This document shows, piece after piece, positions 37,487-47,483 of a stretch of 64,000 nucleotides of DNA. Numbering within the stretch: the first letter of the stretch is position 1; every line of letters starts with the position of its first letter. The stretch is taken from contig CAXXFL010000002.1 in assembly GCA_963674965.2 (NCBI GenBank), forward strand, positions 192,001 through 256,000, written 5' to 3'. The notes under the pieces are model-generated. The model was given only the letters and a program-made list of their open reading frames with translations, had not been told where the DNA came from and searched no databases. The translations under genes and the position numbers were made by a program. Source of the stretch: a bacterium. Lineage in GTDB: Bacteria; RBG-13-61-14; DATKZS01.

Positions 37487-39493
37487 ATGCAAGTGAAAGC
37501 GACTGGCGCGGGGTTCGATCTGGGAGGAAAATTCCTGCCCGCCATCAGCGGAGCGGTCCATTACTGGCGCATAGAACGCGACAAATGGGGACGGGTCCTT
37601 GACGCCGTCGCCGAGCTCGGCTTCAACGTTGTCGAGACCTACGTGCCCTGGAGCGTGCACGAGCTTGCCCGGGGGTCCTTCGATTTCGGGGAGAGGGACC
37701 CGTCCAAATCCCTGGACGAGTTCATCGAGGCCTGCAAGGCGCGCGGCCTTTACCTGATACTTCGGCCCGGGCCGCATATCAACGCGGAGATCACCCTGTT
37801 CGGTTACCCCGAAAGGGTCCTGAGAGATGATAAGTGCCTGGCCGTCAGCGTTGACGGAGACAAGGTCTGGCTGCCCGCCCCTCCCAAGATGTTCCCTGTC
37901 CCGAGCTACGCCTCCGAGGCCTTTCTCGCGGAGGTGGGGACCTGGTTCGACGCCCTGGCCCCTCGCCTGAAGGGACGCCTGGCCTCGGAGGGCGGAAACG
38001 TGGTCGCCATCCAGATCGACAATGAATTCTCCAATTTTTTCAGGAACTCCGCCTTTGATCACGACTATCATGAAGACTCGATCAAGCTCTGGCGTGAGTT
38101 CATGGTTCAAAAGCACGGGTCCGACGCGCCCACCGGCGATCCGCCGCGGGAGTTCCGAGCCTCGAAAAAGGAGGACCTTCCCCAATACCTGGACCTGGTG
38201 GAGTTCAAGGAATTCTACATGCAGCGCGCCCTGACCCGACTGAAAACCATGTGGGAGGACAGGAAGATAACCGGCGTGCCCTTCTTTCACAACTACTGCT
38301 GCGGGCACGACGTTCCTCCCAACAACTTGGCCCAAATCGAGACAACGCTTGATTTTCAGGGGGCCGACTCCTATCCCACCCGCAAGCAATATATCGGCCT
38401 CAAAGCCCTTGCCTGCCATCTCAGCGGTGAATCCAGGTTCCCTTACATTCCCGAGTTCAGCTCGGGGGCCTTTTTCTGGACCTCGCCGGTCTCGGCCAGG
38501 GACCAGGAATTTACCACGCCCGTCTGTTTCATGCACGGCGTGAAAGGGATAAATTTCTACATGCTCGTCGAGCGGGAGCGCTGGTACGGCTCTCCCATTA
38601 CCCGCGACGGAAACAAAAGGGAAAAGCACTGGGCCCTTTTCGAGGACTTCCACCGCTGGATGAAGAGGACGAAGGTCTACAACCTCAAGAAAAAGGCCGA
38701 CGTACTCCTCCTGGCCCAGCGCGACTATCAGAGGCTGTCCATTGCCTCGACCCTGCTCGATCCACTACCTCCCCTGTTGCCCGATCTCATACCAGCCGAG
38801 ATGCACTGCGCGGACGAGGACTTCGGGCTGGGAGACGTGATCCAGATCGACTCGGAAAATCAGTGGTACGCCATGTTCCACGGCCTTTCAACGGCCAAGG
38901 TCCCTTTCAATTGCGGAAATACCAGCCAGTCCCTCCAGGATTTGTGCAAATACAAGATGGTCCTTTGCCCCTCATACGCCTTCATGGCCGCCGAGGTCCA
39001 GAAAAAACTGGCCGACTACGCCCGCCAGGGAGGCGCCCTGGTAATAGGCCCGAGACTGCCGGACCTTGACGAAAAAATGAACCCCCATGATGAACTCAAG
39101 CGGGAATTCGACAAGGGCATGGTCTTCGAGGACCAAACGGCGGTTTCCGTGAAGGTCGCCAAGGGCAGTATCACCTTTTTGAAGGACCCGCTGCCTCGCG
39201 CCTCGGCGAGAAAAAGACCGGAGGGGTTGGAGGAACTTTTCCAGACCCTGGCTCAAAGGTTTGGCGTGGCTCGGCCCTATCCGGCGGAGGACCCGGCCGT
39301 CGAGACCACCCTCCACGAGGGGGAAGGAAGGAAAATCCTCTTCGTGGCCAACCCCACCAAGAAAGCAAGGACCGCGTCCATCTCCCTTGACGGAGAAAAA
39401 CTGGTGGACGTAAAAACCGACCGGGCCTACGAGCCGCCTATCGCCCAAATCGAAATGGAGGCCTACACGGTCGGGATATTCGAGGTCGTCTAA
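37487..39493 (+). CDS. Beta-galactosidase-like glycoside hydrolase (GH35 catalytic domain with GH42-like C-terminus)
   Basis: GAVHYWR, ETYVPW, RPGPHINAE, QIDNE, PEF. Confidence 0.85.
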   Translation: MQVKATGAGFDLGGKFLPAISGAVHYWRIERDKWGRVLDAVAELGFNVVETYVPWSVHELARGSFDFGERDPSKSLDEFIEACKARGLYLILRPGPHINAEITLFGYPERVLRDDKCLAVSVDGDKVWLPAPPKMFPVPSYASEAFLAEVGTWFDALAPRLKGRLASEGGNVVAIQIDNEFSNFFRNSAFDHDYHEDSIKLWREFMVQKHGSDAPTGDPPREFRASKKEDLPQYLDLVEFKEFYMQRALTRLKTMWEDRKITGVPFFHNYCCGHDVPPNNLAQIETTLDFQGADSYPTRKQYIGLKALACHLSGESRFPYIPEFSSGAFFWTSPVSARDQEFTTPVCFMHGVKGINFYMLVERERWYGSPITRDGNKREKHWALFEDFHRWMKRTKVYNLKKKADVLLLAQRDYQRLSIASTLLDPLPPLLPDLIPAEMHCADEDFGLGDVIQIDSENQWYAMFHGLSTAKVPFNCGNTSQSLQDLCKYKMVLCPSYAFMAAEVQKKLADYARQGGALVIGPRLPDLDEKMNPHDELKREFDKGMVFEDQTAVSVKVAKGSITFLKDPLPRASARKRPEGLEELFQTLAQRFGVARPYPAEDPAVETTLHEGEGRKILFVANPTKKARTASISLDGEKLVDVKTDRAYEPPIAQIEMEAYTVGIFEVV

Positions 39494-40812
39494 GATATTT
39501 TGCCTCTGGCCATGGCCTTCAGGCGGGACAGCTCCCGAACCGTGAGCTCGGGCGCGGCGCACGGCGTGAGGGTGTTGTTGTGAAACAGCGGCTCGGACTC
39601 GATATCGTAGCGGCTCGCCTGGACGGCCCGCTTCCACATGGGACTCCTGGGCACGGGCGAGTACTCGCTGACGATGGGACGCGCGCCCGCCTTGATGACC
39701 TCCTTAACGCCTCGCTCGATTTCCTCCGGCGGCTGGCCGGGAAGGCCCGCCAAGAGATACACCCCGATCTCGTCTCGCCCGTAGCCGGCGCGGGAGAGCT
39801 TTTCCACGGCCTGGTAGAGGTCGTCAAGATCGGCTTTGCCTCCCAGTTCCCTGGCGCGCTCGGGGTCGGCGGTCTCGAGGCCGAACCGCAAGGTGGACAC
39901 CTTGGCCCTCTTTAAAAGGAAAGCCAGCTCGGAGGTCATGCCCTTTAAATGAAGCGCGTTGATCGCGTGAAGCCGAAGGTCCAGCCCCGCCTTGATCACT
40001 CCCTCCAGTATGGCCGAGATATGATCGTCCCCTCCCGCCCTTAAGGCGTCGTCGTAAAAGGCCGCGTCACGGACCCCGAAGTCGGCGGCAAGCCTGGCTA
40101 TCTCCACCACCACCAGGCCGGGATCGCGGCGCTTTAACTGGGGCTTCATTACGTGGGCCGCGCAATAAGGGCAACGGTAAGTGCATCCCCTCCCGGTGAT
40201 GACGGCGGCGGCTTCCAGTCTTTTATAAAGGTCCCAGGCGGGAAAGACCTCGCCCCGATGGAAGTCCGAGGGAAGGGACAGTCCGTCAAGCAAAGGTGGA
40301 AGAGCGTCGCGGTAATCGCCCGGGGCCACGTAGTCGGCGCCGCATGACACGGCCGCGTGACCGGGCATGAGCGTGGCGTACACCCCGCCCAGGATGACGG
40401 GAGTATCGGGAAAGGCCGACCGGACGACGGCTATGGTCTCGGCCACTCCCGTGTACCAGTAGGTCATGACCGAGCCGACCAGGACCGCGTCCGGCCGCTC
40501 GGAGGCCTCGAGGGCGTCTCGCAGGCGGGCCTCGGAGATTCCGTAACGCTTGAACTTCCGGGGCACGCCCGCCAGCGCCGGCGGCTTATTGATGACGGAT
40601 TTGAAAAAACGGCCCGTGCCGTTGTCCTTCCTCTTGGGGAAGGACCGCCCCGAGGTCTCCCCGTAAACGTCCAGACAGTCTATGAGCGAGACGGCGTAAC
40701 CAGCGGTCCGAAGGCTCGCCGCCATTTCCAGGAGAGCCAGGGGCCTGGACCAGAAGTCATAGGCCGCGAAATCGTGTATCCAGGGATTTATTAATAATAC
40801 GCGTGGTTTCAT
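39490..40812 (-). CDS. B12-binding domain radical SAM protein
   Basis: LLINPWIHDFAAYDFW, LGGVYAT, RGCTYRCPYCA, FYDD, GLET. Confidence 0.88.
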   Translation of the reverse strand: MKPRVLLINPWIHDFAAYDFWSRPLALLEMAASLRTAGYAVSLIDCLDVYGETSGRSFPKRKDNGTGRFFKSVINKPPALAGVPRKFKRYGISEARLRDALEASERPDAVLVGSVMTYWYTGVAETIAVVRSAFPDTPVILGGVYATLMPGHAAVSCGADYVAPGDYRDALPPLLDGLSLPSDFHRGEVFPAWDLYKRLEAAAVITGRGCTYRCPYCAAHVMKPQLKRRDPGLVVVEIARLAADFGVRDAAFYDDALRAGGDDHISAILEGVIKAGLDLRLHAINALHLKGMTSELAFLLKRAKVSTLRFGLETADPERARELGGKADLDDLYQAVEKLSRAGYGRDEIGVYLLAGLPGQPPEEIERGVKEVIKAGARPIVSEYSPVPRSPMWKRAVQASRYDIESEPLFHNNTLTPCAAPELTVRELSRLKAMARGKIS

Positions 40813-41040
40813 TCGCCGCTCTTATTATGCCGAATTACCAGATAATACTACATTCGATCCGAATTCGTACAAGTCGGGGACGATATTTATAAACTGCAAC
40901 TTTTAGCACTGACGTCTATATCGGGCGTTTGGCTCCCAACTCCGTTAATCGAATTTTCCCTTGGATATGAAAACGCTAAACGTATATAATGAGGATAGGG
41001 AGATCGCCGGGGAGGATAAACCGGCGGTGGAGGTTCGCGA

Positions 41041-41592
41041 ATGGGATACAACGTGAAGGGCGTTCTTTTCCAGGATTACGTCCGCATGATTCGCAAGTAC
41101 AAGGACGTCGACTGGGGCGCTCATCTTAAGCCGGTTGACTTCGAGATTCTTGACCAGATCGTCTTAAGCTCGAGGTGGTATCCTCGAGAGTCTTATATCC
41201 GGCTGGGCCTGGCCGTGTTCAAGGAGCTCGGCAAGGAGGACCTCGAGGCGGCCCGTGCCTGGGGCCGTAACTCGGTCGACCAGATACTCAAAACCTACAA
41301 GGACCTTATCGAGGAGAACGATCCGGAAAAGACCCTGGAGAAGCTGATGGCCCTGAGGCGAAGGCTTATAGACTTCGACATGGTCGAGGTGCAAAAACTG
41401 GAGGAGGGCCGGTTCAGGATATCGCTCGATATAGCTTTTATCGGGGAGGGGCAAGAGCCCTACGCCCACCAACTGGCCGGCATATTCGAGAGGGTCCTCG
41501 AAATGGCCGGGGCCGAGGAAGTGGTCTCCGAGATCGCGGCCAAAAGCTGGGAAGCGGACCCCTTGACCGTCATCGAGCTAAGCTGGAAATGA
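41041..41592 (+). CDS. Hypothetical protein, DUF2378/V4R-like
   Basis: VKG..F...WYP...G..ER.LE.AGA pattern; GGAGG RBS. Confidence 0.55.
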   Translation: MGYNVKGVLFQDYVRMIRKYKDVDWGAHLKPVDFEILDQIVLSSRWYPRESYIRLGLAVFKELGKEDLEAARAWGRNSVDQILKTYKDLIEENDPEKTLEKLMALRRRLIDFDMVEVQKLEEGRFRISLDIAFIGEGQEPYAHQLAGIFERVLEMAGAEEVVSEIAAKSWEADPLTVIELSWK

Positions 41593-41720
41593 ATAAATCT
41601 CCGCTCGAATATATATAAAGGAAGGTCCATAAGGGCCCTGACCGAGGCGTCTTGACTTTTCTTGTCATTCCGATGGATACTTCCATTCACGAAACACGCG
41701 CTCGCGCTGGAGGGTAATCA

Positions 41721-42551
41721 ATGAACTTAAGAATCACCATCGGCATTTTACTATTGGCTCTCCTGGCCATGGCTCCCTTTTCTTCCCGGGCCTTTGAGCC
41801 GGAAAAACCCGTCAGCCAGGTCCCCGAGGCGTCCGCCTTGATCGAGGAGGTCTGGAACGGGCTGGGAGGAAACCTCGGGGTGCCCGAGTTGGACGACTCC
41901 ATCGCCAAGCTTGAAAAGGCCGAGCGCCTCGACCCCTCCAATCACGACCTGTTAATTATCCTCTGCGACCTTTACTGGGAAAGAGGCGAGCGCGTAAAGG
42001 ACGCCTCCGAGCAAGGCAAAAAGGAAGCGGAGTGTTTCTTCCTGAAATGCCACGAGACGGCCAAGCGGGCGCTCGAGATCGAGGATAGCGCCGCGGCCCA
42101 CTACTACGCGGCCATCGGCCTGGGCGCCGTCGCCGAGAACCAGAGCATCTTAAAGCAGGTCTCCAGTTTCCCCGAGGTCCGGTCCCACATGGAGTGGATC
42201 GGCGAGAACGACCGCCACTATGGGGACGGAGCCTACGCCAGGTTCTGGTGCGACTGCTACGTCAACGCGCCCAAGCCGATTATCAAGGTAATCGGACACG
42301 GCCAGGACGAGGTGTGCGACATGCTCGACGAGGCCATCGAGCATAACCCGGAAGACGTGTCCAATTACATGTACCGCATAAGGTGCTGCCACGACGAGAC
42401 CATGAAGGAAAAAAGCGTGAGCCTTCTGGAAAAGGCCCTCAAAGCCGACGAAAAATCAGCGCCAAAGCAAAGACAATATAACGCCTACTTCCGCGAGAAG
42501 GCCCTTAAATACTGGAAGGAACTGACCGGCAAGGAATATCCCGCCAGATAA
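41721..42551 (+). CDS. Secreted TPR-like helical protein
   Basis: Signal peptide, TPR-like helices (AKRALEI...AHYYAAI.LG). Confidence 0.7.
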   Translation: MNLRITIGILLLALLAMAPFSSRAFEPEKPVSQVPEASALIEEVWNGLGGNLGVPELDDSIAKLEKAERLDPSNHDLLIILCDLYWERGERVKDASEQGKKEAECFFLKCHETAKRALEIEDSAAAHYYAAIGLGAVAENQSILKQVSSFPEVRSHMEWIGENDRHYGDGAYARFWCDCYVNAPKPIIKVIGHGQDEVCDMLDEAIEHNPEDVSNYMYRIRCCHDETMKEKSVSLLEKALKADEKSAPKQRQYNAYFREKALKYWKELTGKEYPAR

Positions 42552-42716
42552 TTTCGCCTCGCGCGGCCCCAACCGGACCGCGAATGGCAACCTGCCGGAC
42601 ATGCTGATACAATGGACTTGTCAGTCGCGAGCGGGAAAACGCGTTCCCCTCGCGCCCGTTTTTTTACGGTCCTTTTCAGGCCCGAAATCATTATAAAGTT
42701 ACAAGAGGGCGGCTTT

Positions 42717-43865
42717 ATGTCTGACGATCATTTAACGCCTCCGGGCAACAAGCCGATGGTTACCCCCATCGTCAACTCGGTCAACTACCAGTACGGGTCC
42801 TTCGAGGTACTCAGAAAAATCAGCGCCAAAGAAATCGAGGGCTTCGCCTATCACCGCGACGACAACCCCACGGTGAAAAAGGTGGAGGGCGAACTGGCCC
42901 GCCTCGAGAACGCTCCCGAATGCTTGCTTTGCACCACGGGCATGGCGGCCTGCGCCATGATTTTCTTTACTTATCTTTCGGCGGGAGATCATCTTCTAAC
43001 CTTCCACGACGTGTACGGCGCCAACTACAAGGTCAGCCTGATCCTGGAGCGGATGGGGATCGAGATCACCTGGCTCGACGCCTCCCATCCGGAAAAGGTA
43101 CCGGAAAACATTCGGGAAAACACCAAGCTGATCTTTATGGAAACGCCCACCAACCCGCTCCTCAAGGTCCTCGATATCAAGTGGCTGGCCGACCTGGCCC
43201 ATGAAGCGGGGGCAAAGCTGGCGGTGGACAACACCTTTGCCACGCCCCTCCACCAAAGGCCGCTCGAGCTGGGGGCCGACTTCGTGGTCCACAGCGCCAC
43301 CAAGGCCCTGGCCGGGCACAACGACGTTATGGCCGGGGCCATAGCCTGCTCCGAGTCGGACTACGAAAAGCTATGGTACACACGGCAGGCCATCGGGACC
43401 ACACTCGACCCCAACTCCGCTTTCCTTCTCGAGCGGGGGCTTAAAACATTCGAGATACGCGCCGCCAGGATGAGCGAGAACGCCATGGCCATGGCCGAGT
43501 TCCTTGACGGGCAAAGCGCCATATCGAGGGTATACTACCCGGGCCTTATCGATTCGCCCGGCCACGAGGTCGCGAGCGAGCAGATGACCGGCGGCTACGG
43601 CGGCGTCCTGGCCTTCGACGCGGGGCAAAGCGCGGAGGACGCCAAGAAGTTTATCGGCGGCCTCAAAAGGATATATCACGCCGTCAGTCTCGGGGCCACC
43701 GAGAGCCTGATCTGCATCCCTTACCTGACCACCATGCTCTACCTGCCGCCGGAAAGAAGGACCGAGTTCGGCGTCAAGCAAAACACCGTCCGCCTATCAG
43801 CCGGCATCGAGAACATCGACCTCCTGATCGAGGACCTCGAAGCCGGCCTGGCCGCTCTCGGGTAA
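42717..43865 (+). CDS. PLP-dependent trans-sulfuration enzyme (cystathionine gamma-synthase/methionine gamma-lyase family)
   Basis: Y.R..NPT, GMAA, ETPTNP, DNTFATP, HSATK, SLG..ESL, RLSAGIE. Confidence 0.92.
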   Translation: MSDDHLTPPGNKPMVTPIVNSVNYQYGSFEVLRKISAKEIEGFAYHRDDNPTVKKVEGELARLENAPECLLCTTGMAACAMIFFTYLSAGDHLLTFHDVYGANYKVSLILERMGIEITWLDASHPEKVPENIRENTKLIFMETPTNPLLKVLDIKWLADLAHEAGAKLAVDNTFATPLHQRPLELGADFVVHSATKALAGHNDVMAGAIACSESDYEKLWYTRQAIGTTLDPNSAFLLERGLKTFEIRAARMSENAMAMAEFLDGQSAISRVYYPGLIDSPGHEVASEQMTGGYGGVLAFDAGQSAEDAKKFIGGLKRIYHAVSLGATESLICIPYLTTMLYLPPERRTEFGVKQNTVRLSAGIENIDLLIEDLEAGLAALG

Positions 43866-44061
43866 CGCGAACAAACGGGCCGCCGAGCCTCAATCAAAAT
43901 GGAAGAGGGTGTCGGCGCGCCCACCAGTTACGACGCGTCCTTCTCCCCCTGAGGATCGGTCGCCACGCGTCCACGCTCGAATTCGGGCAAGCGTTGAGGT
44001 GGCAAAACAGACGGCGCCAAAGGCCGCCCTCATCGCGCTTCCGGGCAAGGAAAAGTATATA

Positions 44062-44247
44062 GAGCCTCTTGCAAAATTCCCGCTTTGGAGTGCGGCGGCT
44101 CGACGCCGCTTTTCTTCCGAGCGGCTTGACGCGAGGCAAGCCGGTGTATAAATAGGCCTTGTCAAGCCAAGGCCATCGAAAGCGGTCTCAAGCGACCGCA
44201 CTCCAAAGTGGCTATGCCGCAAAGAAAAGGACTTTTGCAAGAAGCTC
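44062..44247 (+). mobile_element. 186-bp MITE with 15-bp TIRs, TATA target duplication and internal REP doublet
   Basis: TATA|GAGCCTCTTGCAAAA...TTTTGCAAGAAGCTC|TATA. Confidence 0.9.
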
Positions 44248-44334
44248 TATAGAATAGGCGATTGTTTTCCGTTCCCTTCGACCGGAAAAAAGGGCGCCCC
44301 CGCTGATTTGCCGTCACATGCCGGTGATTTTCTA

Positions 44335-44363
44335 TTGACAAGTCTGATCGAAAAAGCTAGATT
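44335..44363 (+). promoter_or_regulatory. Candidate sigma70 promoter
   Basis: TTGACA-17 bp-TAGATT. Confidence 0.55.
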
Positions 44364-44542
44364 AAACGCACAAAGCATGCCGGAGCACCCCGGCGTTTTT
44401 TTGAGCCGCAAAACAAAGTTGACGGCGTAATTCGCGATTTCACCAAAATATGGAGACAAGGTTGTTCATCCGCAAGACGGACTTTTTCATTTAATGCACG
44501 TGGCGCCACGAACGGGGCGCGTATCAACAACTTCCGGGAGGT

Positions 44543-46951
44543 ATGTCCATGAAAAAGTATTCCATTGGTCCGCTTTGTTTTTCGATCGCCCTTCTTCTTT
44601 CCCTTTGCCTGTCCTTCGCCTGCGGCGGCGGCGGGGGAGGAGACGACGGAGGCGGCAGTCCCGCGGACGTTTGGATTTCCGGCGACAGGTCGTGCTTGCC
44701 GGGGGAGAGGATCGTGTTAACCGTCAGGACCGGCAAAAGCTGCGACGTTTTCCAGTTCATGCTCGAAAGCGACGGCGGGGAAAAGACGGTATGGCAAGAC
44801 GATCCTGCATTCGCCCTTTACCTGGATGACGCGGGTTCCTTCAATTTCATGGGGCATCTCATGTGCGACGGCGAGAGGTTCTCCAGTTCCTGGTTCCAGG
44901 TCAAGAACAACGCGGCCGATTACGTCCTTATATCGAGCGAGAGCGACCTGGCCGCCAACGTTCCTACCGGCGTCGTTTTCCAGATAGACTCGGGCGGGGT
45001 GGACCACGCCTCGATCACGCTTAACAACGTTACCAACGGTCAATCCTACTTGATGTACGACGACGGCGCGGCGTTCAACGGCGACGCCGTGGCCGGCGAC
45101 GGCATTTACTCTTGCCTTTTAAGCCTTAGCCTTCCCGAGGGCGTTTACTCCTTCCAGGGCGCGGCCGGCAAAAGGAGGACCAATTTTCTCAACGTCTATT
45201 CCATCGCCAGGCCCACCGACGACGTGCTCGAGGCTGAAGTGGACGACGTGGCCCTGGCCGAGCAATACGTGATGGACAACGCCGTGGGCAAGACCATCCA
45301 GGAGTTCATCGACTCTTTTCCCTCCACCCTGGGCGGGTCGGAGCAGATATCCGCCATACGAAAGAGCGACGACTATATCGCCGTCCTTTTCAATTCCGGC
45401 GCTTATCACCTGATCGAGTTCACCGCCGAGGACCAGGACCAGGCCCCGGGGACCATGCTGAAGAACAACCTCATTGACGGCCACGTGATCGGCTCGGTCC
45501 TCCCCCAATACGCCGGCCGAGCGGACGCGAGGACCATTTTCGACGGCGAGGCCTATATCAAGGATTACAGCGGCCTTTTATATTCGGCCAATTACAGGAA
45601 CAGGCACGGAAGAGACGCGGGCGAAAGGATATCCGGCCTGCTTGGAGCGGACCCCGACTTTTCCGGCAACGTGACCTGGCTGACCGACAGGGACGTCACC
45701 GTGGACAGCATGACCAGGGCGCACGGACAAGACTGGTCCGATTTCGGAGTGATCGCGATTCACGCTCATGGTAATTCGAGGGTTTTTCAACTTGGCGAGT
45801 TGGTTAACGACGAAACCGATAAAAAATACGCCGAGCAGCGACAGAAAAACACGGTCTACACCAGCACTAACGGCGACGCCACCACGACTTCGCCCGATGG
45901 TACCATTACCCACGTCGAGGAGAGCGTTTATGCCATCCAGACGCAGTTTATCGCGGACGAGAACGAGTTCAACCTTAACGGCAGCTTCTTCTACGCCGCC
46001 GCCTGCAGCGGCGGTCTCGCCATGCAACACATCATTCCATCCGAGTACAGGCGCGAGACCACGGAGATAGGCTCGGCCCTTTTCGGTTTTGACGCCACCG
46101 TCACCTCGCCCAGGGTGGTGGACCTGGCCGAGACCCTGTTCAACAACCTCCTGAACGGCAACCTCTTGAAGGACTCCTTCAGCTCCGATTGGGACGGCAA
46201 TGAAAATGACGGAGACGACAAGGTGGCCCGCCCAGTGGTGTGCGGCAATAACAACCTCAAGCTGGAAGTCCTTAACGTGGTCTTTTCCGAGGATTTCGAG
46301 TCCTACCCCCTGGACCAGCCCCTGGCCACGGCCAACTGGACCATCGAGAACTCCGGCTCGGGAACGACCTATATCAAGAAGCCCCTGGTCAACGAGGACC
46401 AGTCAGTGGTTTTTCTCGACCCGGACGAGACCTCCTATTCCCACATCCGCAAGACCTTCGCCCAGGACGTAAGACAGGGTACCCTGGACTTTTACGTCCG
46501 GCCCAACCAGGCCACCTGCACGGGGGTCCGGCTGGAGGGAAGCCTGGGTGACGACTACTGGGACATGCTCGGGCCCTACGCCTTTGTATGCGACTATTAC
46601 GGGACCTTCGGAGTGTACGCCTACGACGTGCCCTCAAGGTCATTCGTCCTGGCCCAAAGTATCTCGCCTTACCAGGAATACAGGATCACGCTCAATTTCG
46701 ACCTGGACGCCGGGACATACAACCTGGACGTGAACGGCCAGCAAAAGCTCTCCAATATTCCCGTACAGGACATAGCAAGGGCGTATTACATGCGAGCCGG
46801 CACGTTCTCCGACGCCGAGTCCAGCGCCAACGTCTATTTCGACGACTTCACGTACGTGGATAAAAGCGACGCCTCGGCCCCCGTCGCCGTCCGAGCGCCC
46901 GAGGATTCTTACGTGTCGCCTTACTCGGACCTCTACGCCTCGCCCCAATAG
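44543..46951 (+). CDS. Large surface lipoprotein, multi-domain
   Basis: Lipobox SFAC then Gly linker; choice-of-anchor-X-like YDDG...GD..AGDGIYS; central HAHG...AACS segment; C-terminal FSEDFES...YFDD lectin-like domain. Confidence 0.7.
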   Translation: MSMKKYSIGPLCFSIALLLSLCLSFACGGGGGGDDGGGSPADVWISGDRSCLPGERIVLTVRTGKSCDVFQFMLESDGGEKTVWQDDPAFALYLDDAGSFNFMGHLMCDGERFSSSWFQVKNNAADYVLISSESDLAANVPTGVVFQIDSGGVDHASITLNNVTNGQSYLMYDDGAAFNGDAVAGDGIYSCLLSLSLPEGVYSFQGAAGKRRTNFLNVYSIARPTDDVLEAEVDDVALAEQYVMDNAVGKTIQEFIDSFPSTLGGSEQISAIRKSDDYIAVLFNSGAYHLIEFTAEDQDQAPGTMLKNNLIDGHVIGSVLPQYAGRADARTIFDGEAYIKDYSGLLYSANYRNRHGRDAGERISGLLGADPDFSGNVTWLTDRDVTVDSMTRAHGQDWSDFGVIAIHAHGNSRVFQLGELVNDETDKKYAEQRQKNTVYTSTNGDATTTSPDGTITHVEESVYAIQTQFIADENEFNLNGSFFYAAACSGGLAMQHIIPSEYRRETTEIGSALFGFDATVTSPRVVDLAETLFNNLLNGNLLKDSFSSDWDGNENDGDDKVARPVVCGNNNLKLEVLNVVFSEDFESYPLDQPLATANWTIENSGSGTTYIKKPLVNEDQSVVFLDPDETSYSHIRKTFAQDVRQGTLDFYVRPNQATCTGVRLEGSLGDDYWDMLGPYAFVCDYYGTFGVYAYDVPSRSFVLAQSISPYQEYRITLNFDLDAGTYNLDVNGQQKLSNIPVQDIARAYYMRAGTFSDAESSANVYFDDFTYVDKSDASAPVAVRAPEDSYVSPYSDLYASPQ

Positions 46952-47270
46952 GCCTTCTTCAACCCGCTCCCATGGTCCCGGACGAATATCGGTCCTCCGG
47001 GACCATGGGGCGGAAATAGGGCGCCTTGCTTGCCATAGACTCCGCATGGGGTCACGCCCCCGTGGGCAATGGGTTGCCCGCCGAGTCCCGAGGGACGGCG
47101 CAAACGTACAAGGCCCGGGAAAATACTGCAGTCTTCCTGGATGGTAAATCCGCGCCGCGCTCGATTATTTTTCTTGACCTCATACCCAGGGTTACGGACG
47201 CGGAGCGCTTCCTCCACGCCTGGGCTATAGACCTTCGCCCCGTTCTTGGCTTTGCGGGAGCGACAAGGGC

Positions 47271-47396
47271 GGGGTGGCCCCGATAGCTTGCCTATCGGGG
47301 CGCCGAAGGCGCGGGAAGGGTAAATAAAAGGGCACGGGCCATGTTCATTTTCAATCCAGCGGCTCGCGCCGCGCGGATAGGCTATCCGCGCCATCC
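47271..47396. repeat. Inverted pair of REP-like palindromes (family C)
   Basis: GTGGCCCCGATAG..CTATCGGGGC and inverted GCGCGGATAGGCTATCCGCGCCA; related to 21814-21852. Confidence 0.7.
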
Positions 47397-47483
47397 ATGA
47401 TCCAAGTCAGAGCCCGGCGGCTTGATCCGCCTTGCTTTTCAAAAATCGAATTTCTCCCGGCCGCGGATAACTTTAGGAGCCGG

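Noticed and set aside
43890-44240. Similar short ORFs at 11419-11921, 43890-44240 and 49145-49351, and the N-terminal extension of the esterase to 49226
   Set aside because: All are translations of the MITE sequence
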